Origin: Chiloscyllium plagiosum
Lineage: Eukaryota
NCBI RefSeq assembly: GCF_004010195.1
Contig: NC_057749.1
Location: 20,752,559 to 20,794,479, forward strand
Reading direction: 5' to 3'
Length of the DNA stretch: 41,921 nucleotides
A program made the translations under genes and the position numbers. Positions 10,385-23,514 of this stretch are shown piece after piece (within the stretch, counting starts at the first letter, position 1; the number at the start of each line of letters is the position of its first letter). The notes below the pieces were generated by a model. That model was not told the origin of the DNA, did not search any database, and saw nothing but the letters and a program-made list of their open reading frames with translations.

Positions 10385-12090
10385 TTCATTATTCATTCAT
10401 GGAGTGTGGGCTTCACTGGCTGGGTCAACCTTTTGTTGCCCATCCCTAGTTGCCCTTGAAAGGGTGAGCTGCCTTCTAAAACCGCTGCAGTCCATGTGGT
10501 GCAGGTACACCCACATTGTGTTGATGAGGGAGTTCCAAGATTTTGACCTAGCAACAGTGAAGGAACTGCAATACATTTCCAAGTCAGGCTTGAAGAGGAA
10601 TTTTTAGGTGGCAGCATTCCTACCACCCTCGGCCTTCAGATGGAAGTGGTCATGAGTGTGGGAACTGCTCTGTTAGGCGCCTTGGTGAATTGCTGCACTG
10701 CTTCTTATAGTTGGTATTGTAATGATGGTGGAGGGAGTGAATGTTTGTGGATGTGATGCCAGTCAAGTGAGCTGCTTTGTTCTGGATGTCGTCAAACCTC
10801 TCGAGTGTTGGAGTTCTGCTCAACCAGGCAAATGGGGAGTATTCAGTCATACTCCTGATTTAAGCCTTGTAAATGGTGGGCAAGCTTTGAGGAGTAAGGT
10901 GTTGAGTTGCTTGCAGCAGGATTCCCATCTCTGACCTGTGCTTATCACCATAAAATTTAAATGACTTGTCCAATTCAGTTTCTGGACAACAGTAACCCCA
11001 TGAACATTGATAGTAGCAGATTCAGCTATAGTAATGTCAAGAGGTTGACGAGATGGCCTCTTGTTGGAGCTGGCCGCACATTTGTCTGATGCAAGTGCGG
11101 CTTGCCACGGCAGCCCAAGCTTGGAAATTGTCCAGATCTTGCTACATTTGGACCTAGATTGATTTAATGTCTGATGAGTCACAAATGATGCTGAATGTTG
11201 TACAGTCATCAGCTAACATTACCAGTTCTGATCTTAGGATTGAGGGAAGGTCACTGATGAAACAGCTGAAGATATTGGATCCAATACACTCCACTGAGCA
11301 ACTCCTACAGAAGTGTCTTGAACTTAAGATGACTGGCTGCCAAAAACCACCAATATCGCAGTCCCCCATTCTGATGTCCACAGACCCTAGGTTCACTAGA
11401 ACCACTGTGTCAAACTGTATCAAATGTGGCCTTGATTTCAAGGGTCATCATTCTCACCTCTCCTCTTTTGTTTGAATCAAGACTGTAATAAGATCAGGAG
11501 CTGGTGGGAGCCAAAATGCATGTCAGTGAATAGGTTAGCCCAAGCAAATGGTGTTTGTTAGCATTGTTGATAACCTCTTCCACCATTTTACGATTAGTGG
11601 GTTGGATTTGTCCTGGCCTTTGTGTATAGGACATAACTGAGCAATTGTTCATATTGTCACATAGATACCAGTGTTGTAACTGTACTAGACAAGGGAGCAA
11701 TAGGTTCTGAAACACAGGTCTTCAGTACTATTGTTGCAATGTTGTCAGGGCACATAGCCTTTGCAGTAATCAGTGCTGTTACTTGATTGTTGACACTGAA
11801 ATGAATCAAATTGGCTGAAGTTTGGCACCAGTGTTGCTGAGAATCTCCAAAGGAGGCTGAGTTGAACCAACCACTTGGCACTTCTGAGTAAAGACTGATG
11901 CATATGCTTCAGCCTTATCATTAGCACTGATGTTCTGGTCACACCCATTATTGAGAATGTGGATATTTGTGAAGCTTTTTCTGCCAGTGTTGTTAATTAT
12001 CTACCACCTTTCAGGATTGGAAGCAGGAATGCAGAGCTTAAAGTGGTTAGGGAATCACTTCGCTGTTTATTGGTTGCTGCTTATGCAAGT
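10385..12090 (-). mobile_element. Second LINE family (CR1/L2 group, called LINE2 here), RT region and 3' UTR, decayed
   Basis: FSCFISDLPSILRSELVMLADDCTTFS (RT FADD region), MTEYSPFAW...FDDIQNKAA and KAMCPDNI; 3' tail at 10385-10456. Confidence 0.85.
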
Positions 12091-12091
12091 A

Positions 12092-12480
12092 GCAGTGAGT
12101 AACATCACCCTACTAATCCAGAGACTCAGGTAATGCGCTGGGGACCCGGATTTGAATCCTGTCATGGGGACGTTTGCTGATTGTTGCACAACATTCAGCA
12201 TCATTCATGATTCCTCAGACGCTGAATCAATTTGAATTCAGTCAAAAACCTGGAATTAAGAGTTTAATGATGACCAGGAAACTATTGCTGATTGTTTAAG
12301 TTTCTCAGGCTCATTAATGCCCCTTAGGGAAAGAAACTGTCATCCTTACCTGGTCTGGCCTACATGTGAACCTAGACCTACAGCAATGTTGACTCTCAAC
12401 TGCCTGCTGGGCAATTAGAATGCATAATAAATGCTGGCTCAGCCAGCGACACTCACATTCTTTGTATAAATAACAAAAAA
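12092..12480 (+). mobile_element. tRNA-derived SINE family S2, inserted antisense into LINE2
   Basis: B-box-like ggatttgaatcc near 12148; body shared with 6355 and 37783; tail gggcaattag...aataaatgctggc...agccagcgac matches the LINE2 3' end. Host LINE appears to resume at 12481. Confidence 0.8.
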
Positions 12481-12860
12481 GTAAGCCTGTTTTGTGACTT
12501 CCCCAGGTTGGGACCTCATTAACTCTTATTTACTCTGGACTACTACTCTGGAAACACCTCTACTGTGGCAAAGCCTCCCGAGGACTTGTGCCTGCAGAAA
12601 GTCAATCAAAGAAAATATATTGAAAGCAAAAAAAATGTTTATTTGGATTCAATGATATACATAAGTACAGATATATCTGTACATATCATCAAAGATTAGC
12701 GGAGTGGATCAGAATAAGGAACTGAAGCCACATTCAGATCAACAATGATCGACTGAATGATGGAACAGGCTTAAGGAGCTGAAATGCCTACTTCACCTTT
12801 CTATTTCTACCTCAATGGACCTCTGCTATGAAGGTTTGATTTGTATTAGTATCAATAGAA

Positions 12861-12993
12861 GGTAAAAACAATGACTGCAGATGCTGGAAACCAGATTCTG
12901 GATTAGTGGTGCTGGAAGAGCATAGCAGTTCAGGCAGCATCCAAGGATCTTCGAAATCGACGTTTCGGGCAAAAGCCCTTCATCAGGAATAAA
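12861..12993 (-). mobile_element. Family A element with intact minimal hammerhead-like motif
   Basis: Reverse complement of 12957-12990 is attc-CTGATGA-a-gggc tttt gccc-GAAAC-GTC-ga; near-identical inverted copy at 36427-36546. Confidence 0.85.
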
Positions 12994-14619
12994 AGAATAT
13001 CTGAAAGTGATTTCCAAGCTGTAATATAAACAGAGATTTAGCTGATTTTCTCACAGATGTGAACACCCATGAATGAGCTCTGGGTGCACAATAATTGAAG
13101 GGTGCAGATGGTTTACATACAAAATAATAGAAGCTTGAGAATGATTACAAGGTTGTAATTTAATCAAGGGGTCATAAAGCTTTGAATGGGGTGTATGAGT
13201 GGTAAGTGACAAGAAATGAAGCTAACAATATATAAGGCATAGCTGAATTATATTGCTGCCTTCTAAACAGTTATGGTATTTGTTTAAAATAACTAATCAA
13301 ACTATTTCTTTAATTTAAGGGATGGTTTGTTTCATCTCTGCTGGCAGCAAGTCTATCAGCGCAGATATTGACAGTTAAGTTACTCTATTATCAAAGCGTA
13401 TGTGTATCCAGAATGAAGGAATAACCATTGTACAGTTGTTATTTGCATGCTTGATTGACATCAATTGAAATTCATTTCTAGAAAACATCAAGGGTAATAC
13501 CTTGCAAAATTATGATAGTGTGAGTTGATTTTCACTTGTCTATAAAACATAAACATTAAGCAATTTTTCCATTCTCAAAACAAATTTTTCATAATATTTT
13601 ATAAGATGAATAAGGACAACACTACACAACAATACTAGGTTAAGAGCGCACTTAGCTAAGTGACGTTTAGAACTCTAGCTATCGAATACGTTGGTTAGCC
13701 TAATGTGACTCACCAACAATTCTATTGGCTTCCAGCTTTTCAATAGTTTCCCAAATGAGCTTTATTGTTGAACAAGTCTCTCATCATTAGTAAACCATGC
13801 AGCACCTGACTCAATGCATCTACTTTTCACAGCCTGGAGTTGAAATTTATCAGGCAGAATGAGATTGAACTGGACTTATATAACAAAGAACAAGAGGGGC
13901 CTAATGGTAAAATACAGTACAGCACTCCAAAAATAGCTACTAAGTAAAGATCTTTTACTTCCACAGAGGAAATAATTCAAGTCATCGCATCACTAGAAGC
14001 AAGGCTGCATTCTGTTCTCTCTCTAGCTGTGTGAAATCACCTAAGGATCCAAAAGCTATCTTTCAAAGAGGCTGACTTAATTCAGGTTATGAGACACTTT
14101 TGTCGGACCTGTCCGCATACCATTCAGTGCCGTTTGCTTTCCAAGATATTATGCTGAATATTAAAGTTGACAGCACCTCACAGCAACCCAGTGTAGATCT
14201 GTTGAAAAAGACTTGAGGTTTAGCTAGCTTTGAAATGCCATAGTACCCATCACTGAGCTGACTGTGCTACTGCAGTATCCATTTCCACCATAAAATCTGG
14301 AACATCTTGCACTCACATAATTGATCGTTCCCTGAAACACAAGCAATCTGAAATAAATGGGATGAATAATGGATCAAAAAGATTTTAAAGCTGGAGAAAA
14401 ATAAATGAGTATATATTTTGTTTAGTGCTTCAACAAAATTCTTCAACCTTTTGCTTCAACTGTGAATCAAGTATATCTAAGATTAAAATATGCAAGCTGT
14501 TTACTGTTTAACATGGAGTTATAAAAGGATTTTGTAAATTTTGCATTAAGAAATATAGCAATCTTGAGGCTCAACTGGAACTTAAAATATTATGTAAGAT
14601 AGCTTATAAAATGAACAAT

Positions 14620-17023
14620 ATTGTCATGGGTGACTTCAACTTCCCTAATATTGACGAGAACCTCATTAGTGCAAACAGTTTGGGTGCAGCAGATTTGTCA
14701 GGTGTGTCCAGGAAGGATTCCTGACTCAATATGTAGATAGGCCGACTAGAGGGGAGATCATATAGGATTTGGTACTTGGCAATGAACCAGGTCAGGTGTC
14801 AGATCTCTCGGTGGGAGAGCATTTTGGTGACAGTGATCACAACTTCCCCACCTTTACAATACTCATGGAAAGGGATAGGAGCAGATGGTGTGGGAACATA
14901 TTTGATTGGGGGAGGGGAAATTACAATGCTATTAGGCAGGAACTGTTGAGCGTAAATTGGGAGCAGATATTCTCAAGCAAATGCATGACAGAAACTTGGA
15001 GGTTGTTTAGGGAGCACTTGCTGCGAGTGCTGGATAGGTTTGTCCCACTGAGGCAAGGAAGGGAAGGTAGGGTGAAGGGACCTTGGGTGACAAGAGATGT
15101 GGAACATCTAGTCAAGAGGAAGAAGGAAGCTTACTTAAGGTTGAGGAAGCAAGGATCAGACAGGACTCTAGAAGGTTACAATGTAGCCAGGAAGGAACTG
15201 AAGAATTAGGAGAACTAGAAGGGGGCATGAATAAGCCTTGGCGGCTAGGATTAAGGAAAGCCCAAAGGCATTCTACACTAAAGTGAGGAAAAAGAGGATG
15301 GCCAGAGTGAGGATAGGATGGATCAGGGATAGTGGAGGGAACTTGTGCCTGGAGTTGGAAGTGGTAGGGGATGTCCTTAATGAATAGGTTACTTCAGTAT
15401 TCACTAGTGAGAGGGACCTTATGAGGACAGCGTGAAACAAGTTGATACACTTTAACAGGTGGATGTTAAGGGGGAAGGTGTGCTATAAATTTTGGAAAAA
15501 TAGACAAGTCCCCTGGGCCAGATGGGATATACCCAAGGTTACTACTGGAAGTGAGGGAGGCAACTGCTGTGCCTTTGGCAATGATCTTTGCATCCTCACT
15601 GTCCATTGGAGTAGTTCCAGATGATTGGAAGGTGACAAATATTATTCCATTGTTGAAGAAAGGGAAAAGGGATAACCCCGAGAAATACAGACCAGTCAGT
15701 GTTACATCAATAGTGGGCAAATTATTGGAGAGGGTTCTGAGAAACAGGATTTATGATTATTTGTAAAAGCATAGCTTGATTAGAGATAGTCAGCACGGCT
15801 TTGTGAGGTGCAGGTCTTGCCTCACAATCCTTTTGAATTATTTGAGGATGTGATAAAACACATTGATAAAGGCAGAGCAGTGGATGTGGTTTGTACATGG
15901 ATTTTAGCAAGGTGTTTGAAAATGTTCCCCATGGTAGGTCATTCAGAAAGTAAGGAGGCATGAGATACACAGAAATTTGACTGTCTGGACACTGAATTAG
16001 TTGGCCCATAGAAGACAGAGGGTGGTAGTATTGGAAAGTATTCAGCCTGGAGCTCAGTGACCTGTGGTATTCCACAGGGATCTGTTCTGGGACTTCTGCT
16101 CTTTATGATTGACTTGGATAAGGATGCAGAAGGCTGGGATAGAAAGTTTGCCGATGATATGAAGGATGGTGGAGTTGTGGATAGTGTGGAGGGTTGTTGC
16201 AGGTTGCAATGGATCATTGACAGGATGCAGAGCTGGGCTGAGAAGTGGCAGATGGAGGTCAACCTGGAAAAGTCTGAAGTGATTCATTTTAGAAGTCAAA
16301 TTTGAATGCAGGTTACAGGGTTAAATGCAGGATTCTTGGCAGTGTGGAGGAACAGAGGGATCCACGAGCATAGATCCCTCAAAGTTGCCACCTAAGTTGA
16401 TAGGGTTGTTAAGGCGGTGCATGGTATGAGGGCTTTCATTAGCAGGGGAACTGAGTTTAAGAGCCGTGAGGTTATTCTGCAGCCCTATGCAGACCTGGTT
16501 AGACCGCTCTTGGAATATTGTGTTCTGTTCTGATCGCCTCATTATAGGAAGGATTTGGAAACTTTAAAGAGGATACAGAGGAGATTTACCAGGATGCTGC
16601 CTGGACTGGAGGGTGTGTCTTATGAAGAAAGGTTGAGGGAGGAAGGGCTTTTCTCATTGGAGCAAAGAAGGACGAGAGGTGACTTGATAAAAAGGCATAC
16701 AAGATAATGAGAGACATAGTTAGAGTGGATAGCGAGAGTCAATTTCCCAGGGCAGAAATTGTTATCACGAGGGGGCATATTTTAAGGTGATTGGAGGAAG
16801 GTTTAGGGGAGATGTCAGAGGTCAGTTCTTGACACAGAGTGGTGAGTGCATGGAATGTAATACCAGTAGTGGTAGTAGTCAAGATATATTAGGGACATAA
16901 AGTGACTCTTGAATGGGCACATGGATATCCACAAAATGTAGAGTACGTAGGTTAGTTTGATCTTAGAATAGAATAAGAGATTGTCACAACATTGAGAGCA
17001 AAAGGGCCTGTACTGTTCTATGT
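14620..17023 (+). mobile_element. Long CR1/HER1-type LINE ORF2 relic (end of APE endonuclease, RT, 3' UTR)
   Basis: IVMGDFNFPNID at 14620, HFGDSDHN, VPDDWK...YRPVSVTSIVGKLLE, GIPQGSVLG...KFADD; many stops and frameshifts; CR1 tail near 17000-17023. Confidence 0.95.
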
Positions 17024-19073
17024 AACATGTAAGCTTTTGCAACACAGGGGGGACCTGAAGTATGCCTCCGATGTCACAATAGGAAACTGAGATAAAAGAT
17101 ATGTTAACAACTATATATCATTTGTTCCTTGTAAAAGCAACACTTGAATTGAGTCCACTTTCTCCAGGTTTCTCTGCATGTGATAATTACACTGGATGAG
17201 TGACTGCTATGTAGCTTAATTATGACAGAATAGAAAGCAAATTAATCACATAACCTATCATCATCGAGCAAATATGAATGAGATTAAGTATCTGAGCATT
17301 CTGTTTTGTGACCTTACATTTTTGAGGTAGTCCACAATATTGCACATTGACTCCAGGGCAGCAGCCTCTAAAGCAATTCATTTACTGCAGTGAGCAAGGC
17401 CATAACATCTTCAAATTATTAGGCATCAGAAGCGTTGACATCTTGCATAAAACAATCAAGTTCTGAAGAATGTTTACAGTCAATAAACAGCAAAGCATAA
17501 ATCATTTACACACTAATATATTTACATACTCATAGTTGTATATGGACAATGGTCCTTTTTTATCATTCTTGTTACATGCCAAGGAGCGAGAAAGAGAGCC
17601 AACTGGTACTCTCTGTCTCTTTAGAAAAATATTGTTATTGACAGTCCCTGCTAATACGACAGCTTTTCAGCTTCAAAGCTGCTGCTGCGGACCAGTTAGG
17701 CCTCAAGTTCCTGTTTACCATGGCAGCTAGCAGCAATCCAAAAGGCAGAATCCCTAGGGACAAGTGGGCTCCAAATTGGGACCAGGAAAACAAAAGTCAG
17801 CTAGAATGGAACTTGCAGGCTGAACTGAACTGCAAAAAACACAGCAAATTGAAGTTAGCTTCAAAGTGCAACGTTTCATTTTGCTTATGTGCAAGAGAGG
17901 TAAGTAGCAAAAGTGTGTGCTCTTATATATATTATTGTGCAAGAAAACAATAAAGCTTTACAGGAGACTATTTAAAAGATTTAAACAATCACTGAAATTT
18001 TACAGGAACTTGCACTGGTTGGTTTAGTTTTGTTTACAAATCAGCAATAAATAGCATGACACACATTAGATACGGACTGCAAAATTACAGTGTCAGAGTG
18101 CCTGCATCAATATAATTTGAAATGCTATTGTACCATTGTTGAATGGAAAGTACCAACAGGTCAGAAAAGGGCATCTACTAATAACAGTTTCAGAGAGCAC
18201 AGGGCAAAAGAGATGGAAAGTCCATATGGTGTAAAAATCACCCATCTTTTGTGGTATTTGATGAGCAGACTGAGGAAACATTGAAACAGCAATCAACTAC
18301 ATATCTTTATAAGCAGCTGCTCAATTAACAACGAGGTTTATGTAGACTTGAGCAAGATAACAGGCAAAAAAATTGAACTCAAGACATTGCCAGTTCCATT
18401 TCCAATTAAAACTTCGAATTTAGTCTCATCATGGGCTGAAGTGGATAGATTCTACCAAATACTACTGTTGCATGTGATACACCACATTACAAGTATGCTA
18501 GTCCTGGTCTGAAGTGCAGAGCTTAGATGTTGAAATCCCAGCATTACCCTTCACTTTCCTATCTTCTTTTTCTATCCCACTTTCACCTTTCATGAATACA
18601 ACATTCAAACATCAATGCCCCCACGTTCTTTTCGCATCCCCTTCCCAATTAACTTATTATGTTTGTGGACAAAAACTCCAAAGACTGTACAGAGAACAAA
18701 TGAACCAAAATTGCTTGTTTCTGATCTGTATTATTTTGTAATTCTAATTGCAACAAATTGATTTACCTTTAAGATAATTCTTTGCAATTAGTGCATTGCA
18801 GTCCTTAAAACCGAGTTCAAGAAATACTCAAGTTATTTACAGCAAACAAAAACCAGAAATCCTGGAATTTCAAACCCACTGTTGAATATCAACAAGGATT
18901 TATATATAATTCTCAGCCTGAGCACAAGTCATATAGCATATCTCATTTTAAAAGCAGCATTTATTACACTAATTTCTTTCACAAAGTTTCTTAAGAGCCT
19001 CTTATTTAAACTTCAGTTCAGTTCATGCTCCATTTTCCATTAGCATTCATAATTAGGAATATTGCACATTTGT

Positions 19074-19394
19074 GGGTGGCACGGTGGCACAGTGGTTAGC
19101 ACTGCTGCCTCGCAGCGCCAGAGACCCGGGTTCAATTCCCGCCTCAGGCGACTGACTGTGTGGAGTTTGCACGTTCTCCCCGTGTCTGCGTGGGTTTCCT
19201 CCGGGTGCTCCGGTTTCCTCCCACAGTCCAAAGATGTGCAGGTCAGGTGAATTGGCCATGCTAAATTGCCCGTAGTGTTAGGTAAGGGGTAAATGTCGGG
19301 GTATGGGTGGGTTACGCTTCGGCGGGTCGGTGTGGACTTGTTGGGCCGAAGGGCCTGTTTCCACACTGTAAAGTAATCTAATCTAATCTAATCT
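19074..19394 (+). mobile_element. HE1-type V-SINE, full-length and young
   Basis: A-box tggcacagtgg 19085-19095, B-box ggttcaattcc 19129-19139, V-domain, tail gggccgaagggcctgtttccacactgta followed by (taatc)n; CpGs retained. Confidence 0.95.
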
Positions 19395-20074
19395 TCACTG
19401 CAAGGAGATAATAAAATAACGTTTATCATCTTACATTGAAATGTTAGAGCAATTTAAGTCACATTATTCTAAATAAACAGCATCTTCCCAAAAGGCCAAT
19501 ACTATTACAGGACTGTCAATCTCATGTATTTAGCATGAAACAAAAAGAAATTGATAACACTACTGTAGACAACAGTGCACACATCTTGTCATATAGATGG
19601 CAGGCATGCATTTTTGGTACATACATTAGATGACACAATGGGGTGTAGTTGATGATTGCCTATAAAATAGTAACAGGCAGTGCAGAAAGCCTTAGGTAAA
19701 TATTAAGGGTCAACAGACTAAGGGAAATCTGTGACCTGTCAGTGTGCTTGCTACAGCAACTTTGGTTTAGCAACTGATAATTGACTCTACATTTCCGTTC
19801 CTGCTTACTAGCTCAGAGCTCCAAAGACAGGAAGTTAGCGTATGCAGTTTTGCACCGAATTTGGTAAAAAGTCACTCTAAAATTCAGTCAGGTTTCAGAA
19901 GTAGCAATGAAGTACCGTTGCCCAATTAGCAGAAACAAAATCAGGCACAATAAATGTTGAACTATTTGGGACTGGACTATTTGAGTCCAGTCCTTTCATC
20001 CTTGATGCTTTAATTCTCAAAGCATCTATGGATGGACTTCCTCCTGGTTTATCTATTCCAGTTCAGTTCCAAGT

Positions 20075-20975
20075 CAGCTCCAGGACATCTCTGCAAGACT
20101 TCTTTGGGGTAGTGTCCTCAGCCCAACCATCTTCAACTGCTTCACCAATGACCTTCCCTCCATCAGGTGGTCAGAAGTGGGGATGTTTGCCGACGACTAC
20201 ACAATGTTCAGCACCATTCGTGATTCCTCAGATCCTGAAGCAGTCCATGTTCAAGTGCAACAAGATCTGGACAATATCAAGGCTTAGGTTGACATGTGGC
20301 AAGTAAGGTTCATGCCACAAAAATGACAGGCTTTGACCATCACTAATAAGAGACAATCTAACAACCATCCCTTGATATTCAATGGTATTACCATCACTGA
20401 AGCCCCCACTCTCAACATCTTGGGAGTTACCATTGACCAAAGACTCAACTGGACTCACTATATAAATAAAGTGGCTACAAGATCAGGTCAGAGGCTAGGA
20501 ATACTGCTGTGAGTAATTCACCTCCTGACTCCTCAAAGCCTGTCCATCATCTACAAGACAAAAGTCAGGAATGTGATGGTATACTCCCCACTTGCCTGGA
20601 TGGGTGCAGCTCCTACAACACTCAAGAAGCTTGACACCATTCAAGACAAAGCAACCACACAATTAGCATTACAGCCACAAGCATTCACTCCTTCCATCAG
20701 TACAAAATGCACTGCAGAAGTTCACTAAAGATCCTCAGACAACACGTTCCAAACCTTCAACACTTCCATTTAGAAGGACAAGGGCAGCAGATACATGGGA
20801 ACTATACCATCTTAAAGTTCCCTTTCAAGCCACTCACCACCCTGACTCGATTGCCATTCCTTCACTGTTGCTGGGTCAAAATCTTGGAATTCCCTCCCTA
20901 AAGGCATTGTGGGCTAACGCTCAGCAGATGGACTGCAGCAGTTGAAAAAGGCAGCTCACCACGACCTTGTTGAGT
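20075..20975 (+). mobile_element. LINE2 family 3' portion
   Basis: GSVLSPTIFNCFTNDLPS...SEVGMFADDYTMFSTIRDSSD; homologous to 10385-11300 on the opposite strand. Confidence 0.88.
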
Positions 20976-21021
20976 GTTAGCTCAATTTGACTCAAAGGCC
21001 AATAGATTAAGTACAGTATGG

Positions 21022-21353
21022 CTGGGGTGGCAAAATCAAACAGTGGCTAGCACTGTCATCTCAAAGCATCAGGAACCCAGGTGAGATTTCAGTGTTTGAT
21101 GACTGTCTGTGTGGAGTTGCTCGTTCTCCCTGTGTCTGTATGGGTTTTCCGCCGAGTGCCCCAGCTTTCTCCCACAGTCCAAAGATGTGCAGGTTAGGTG
21201 GACTAACCATGTCAAAACGCCACGTACTGTTCAAGCTAGGTGGTTTAGCCACGGGAAATGTAGGGTTATGGGGATGAGACTGGGGTGAAAGCTCTTTGCA
21301 GAGTCGGTCGGCCCAGACGCAATGAACTGAATGGCACTGTATGAATTCTATGA
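21022..21353 (+). mobile_element. HE1-type V-SINE, diverged
   Basis: Colinear with 19074-19394 (gactgtctgtgtggag...tcccacagtccaaagatgtgcaggttagg). Confidence 0.85.
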
Positions 21354-21971
21354 GATGATTGATAGCATTGATCGAGATGGTCTACTCCAAATGTTAGGTT
21401 GGTTGGGATAGGGTCCAGCCCTCAGAAAATCATACTGAATGACACGCAAGTGGTCACTCCCAAGGAGACGAGGAGCCACTCATGGTAGATATTTACATTC
21501 AAACGAAAACAGTTGATCTGTTTGAATATTCTACATCAATCTGTGTTGTCAAATAAAGCTTTTCCATTATTTGAGCTTTGTTCCCTTGTAAGATGAATTG
21601 ATGTAGATCTCCTGCATCCATCTCAGTTCCGGACAGCTACTGCATTTTTCAACATTCAATAATACCAAACTTTCTTAATGGAAAATCTTTTTTCCTTTTT
21701 CCCCACAAAGTGTAGTGAAATTGTTATGGCACCAATCCAATACATAAATTCAAGATTTAAAAATCAAACATTTTCTCTTAAGTTCCCCTTTCTCTTGTGA
21801 GCACTGTTGAAGATGATATTTTTTGACTGGACTGAAAACCAAATTCAGGTTGCTTATTACTGTCTAGTGGATACACAGGAGGGATACTAAAAGAACAGCT
21901 AATTCATTGTATATACTTCGATACCAGATGTCTGTGTTGTACTGATGCTAAACACAGCTGTGTGTACATAC

Positions 21972-22054
21972 TTGACATCCACCAGGGAACCTCTTCCATT
22001 AAAAATTAAACTTGTATAGCTTGGCAGTGAAGAAGAGAAAGGACGGGAAACTGA
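21972..22054 (-). other. Candidate 83-nt internal exon (UTR or coding, unidentified gene)
   Basis: Minus strand: T-tract-acag|TCAGTTTCC...GGATGTCAA|gtatgt in unique sequence. Only one frame is open throughout (SVSRPFSSSLPSYTSLIFNGRGSLVDV); I do not recognise the peptide. Confidence 0.4.
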
Positions 22055-22559
22055 CTGTAAAAAAAATGTAGTTTCACATAATTCCCAATTACCTTCATAC
22101 TGAATGTTAATCAATGGGGTTTGAACTACTACAGAAAATTTCACAAAAAATTCAACTAAATAGCAAAGATGTAATAATTTAGCAGATCATGGCTCATTTT
22201 CAGTTCCATCAACAAGCTCATCCCTCAGTTCCATCACCTTGCAAATGTGAATTTGGCTATGTTTGCATTTAGTCCCTGCAGCTTTTCTTGATCAGGTCAG
22301 TAGTCCAATTTGACCAGTTACCATCCCTTTCTTCCTTGCCCTTGCATGACAGTCATGTTAAAGAAATCCATTAATAAGTCTCTCAGATATTCCTGTCTTA
22401 AAAATTAAACAGCAAAAATTAAATTCTAGGGATTCACACCTTCTCCACATCAAGTACAAAGGAAATTCAAGCTACGCACTCCTAGCCAACACTCTCATTT
22501 GGATGCAATAACTGTTTGACTTTCAAATTACCAGTTTAATACTTGACTGGATTTGTTGT

Positions 22560-22830
22560 GCTCCCCAAACTCTGGCCTTGAGAGTTTCCCTGACATTAAA
22601 CATTCCACCCTTATTTGTTATGCCTTCAATGATCTGTGCCCTAAGATCCAGATTATCTCTTTAGCTTGCTTTCTTCCTTTAAGGTACTCATTAATGCCAA
22701 TGTCTTTGAACACATTTTTAGTCATCTGGTCATGTGGCTCCATGTCATATGTTATTTTAAATGTTGCTGCAAAACACCTTGGGAAGTCTTATTATATTAA
22801 AGGTTTTATTTAAATACAAATTGTTGCTGA
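22560..22830 (+). mobile_element. Old L2-like LINE 3' end
   Basis: Tail gcaaaacaccttgggaagtcttattatattaaagg...aaatacaaattgttgctg; homologous in reverse to 24720-24790. Confidence 0.5.
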
Positions 22831-23514
22831 ATAACACTGTTCAAGCTACAACATTTCTGCAACACAATTCCATATACAAGTACATAATTTATTTTGAAGT
22901 GCCCTGTGAATTAATTATCTAAGCAGGTACATTCATCTAATTCTGATTTACAACATTTGCCTGTCCACTTCCACTTTGCAATATTCAATTATTTGATATG
23001 TTTTGCATTCAAAACAGCGGAGGACACAGAGATGCTAACTATTTTCCAATAAATAGGACAGATGCCATCATTAATATACAAGTCATCAGTGAATGCTTGC
23101 AGACTGTTCAACTGTTACTGACAGAGTCAATCCAATCCTGTTGTCTGTACCTCCTCCATCTGAGAGTTGCTGGATAACAAACGGTGGCTGGAATCCAATG
23201 CAGTTTTTGATGTCAAGTATGGAAGCCTAACCATGATCAGATTGTACTACAGAAAGATGTTCGCAGGATATATGGCTAAGATAGTCACTGAAAATTCCAA
23301 TGCACTGGTTTTATCATGTAAAAAAGCAAAAGAAAAAATGTTTCCAATCAGAATAGAAAATGCTGATGGACTGACTTGAAAATCACTAATTTACTTCCTG
23401 TCCAAATATTTACAACTTACTACATCATCAACTTTTTATAAGGTCCCTCTATTCTCTAAACTCTCACTTCAATTCATTAAAGAATAATTTTGAAAAGAAT
23501 GCCATGCAACTAAT

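Noticed and set aside
12665..12682. 18-bp perfect palindrome gtacagatatatctgtac
   Set aside because: Isolated and AT-rich; probably a local repair scar with no further support.
12957..12990. SECIS element or C/D-box snoRNA (TGATGA motif)
   Set aside because: It lies in a dispersed repeat family and fits the hammerhead CUGAUGA-stem-GAAA layout better; there is no selenoprotein context.
19074..19145. tRNA gene
   Set aside because: The A/B boxes belong to the tRNA-derived head of an HE1 SINE.
19969..19993. 10-bp hairpin ggactggact-atttg-agtccagtcc followed by T's (terminator-like)
   Set aside because: Rho-independent terminators are irrelevant in vertebrate DNA, and it is too short for a pre-miRNA.
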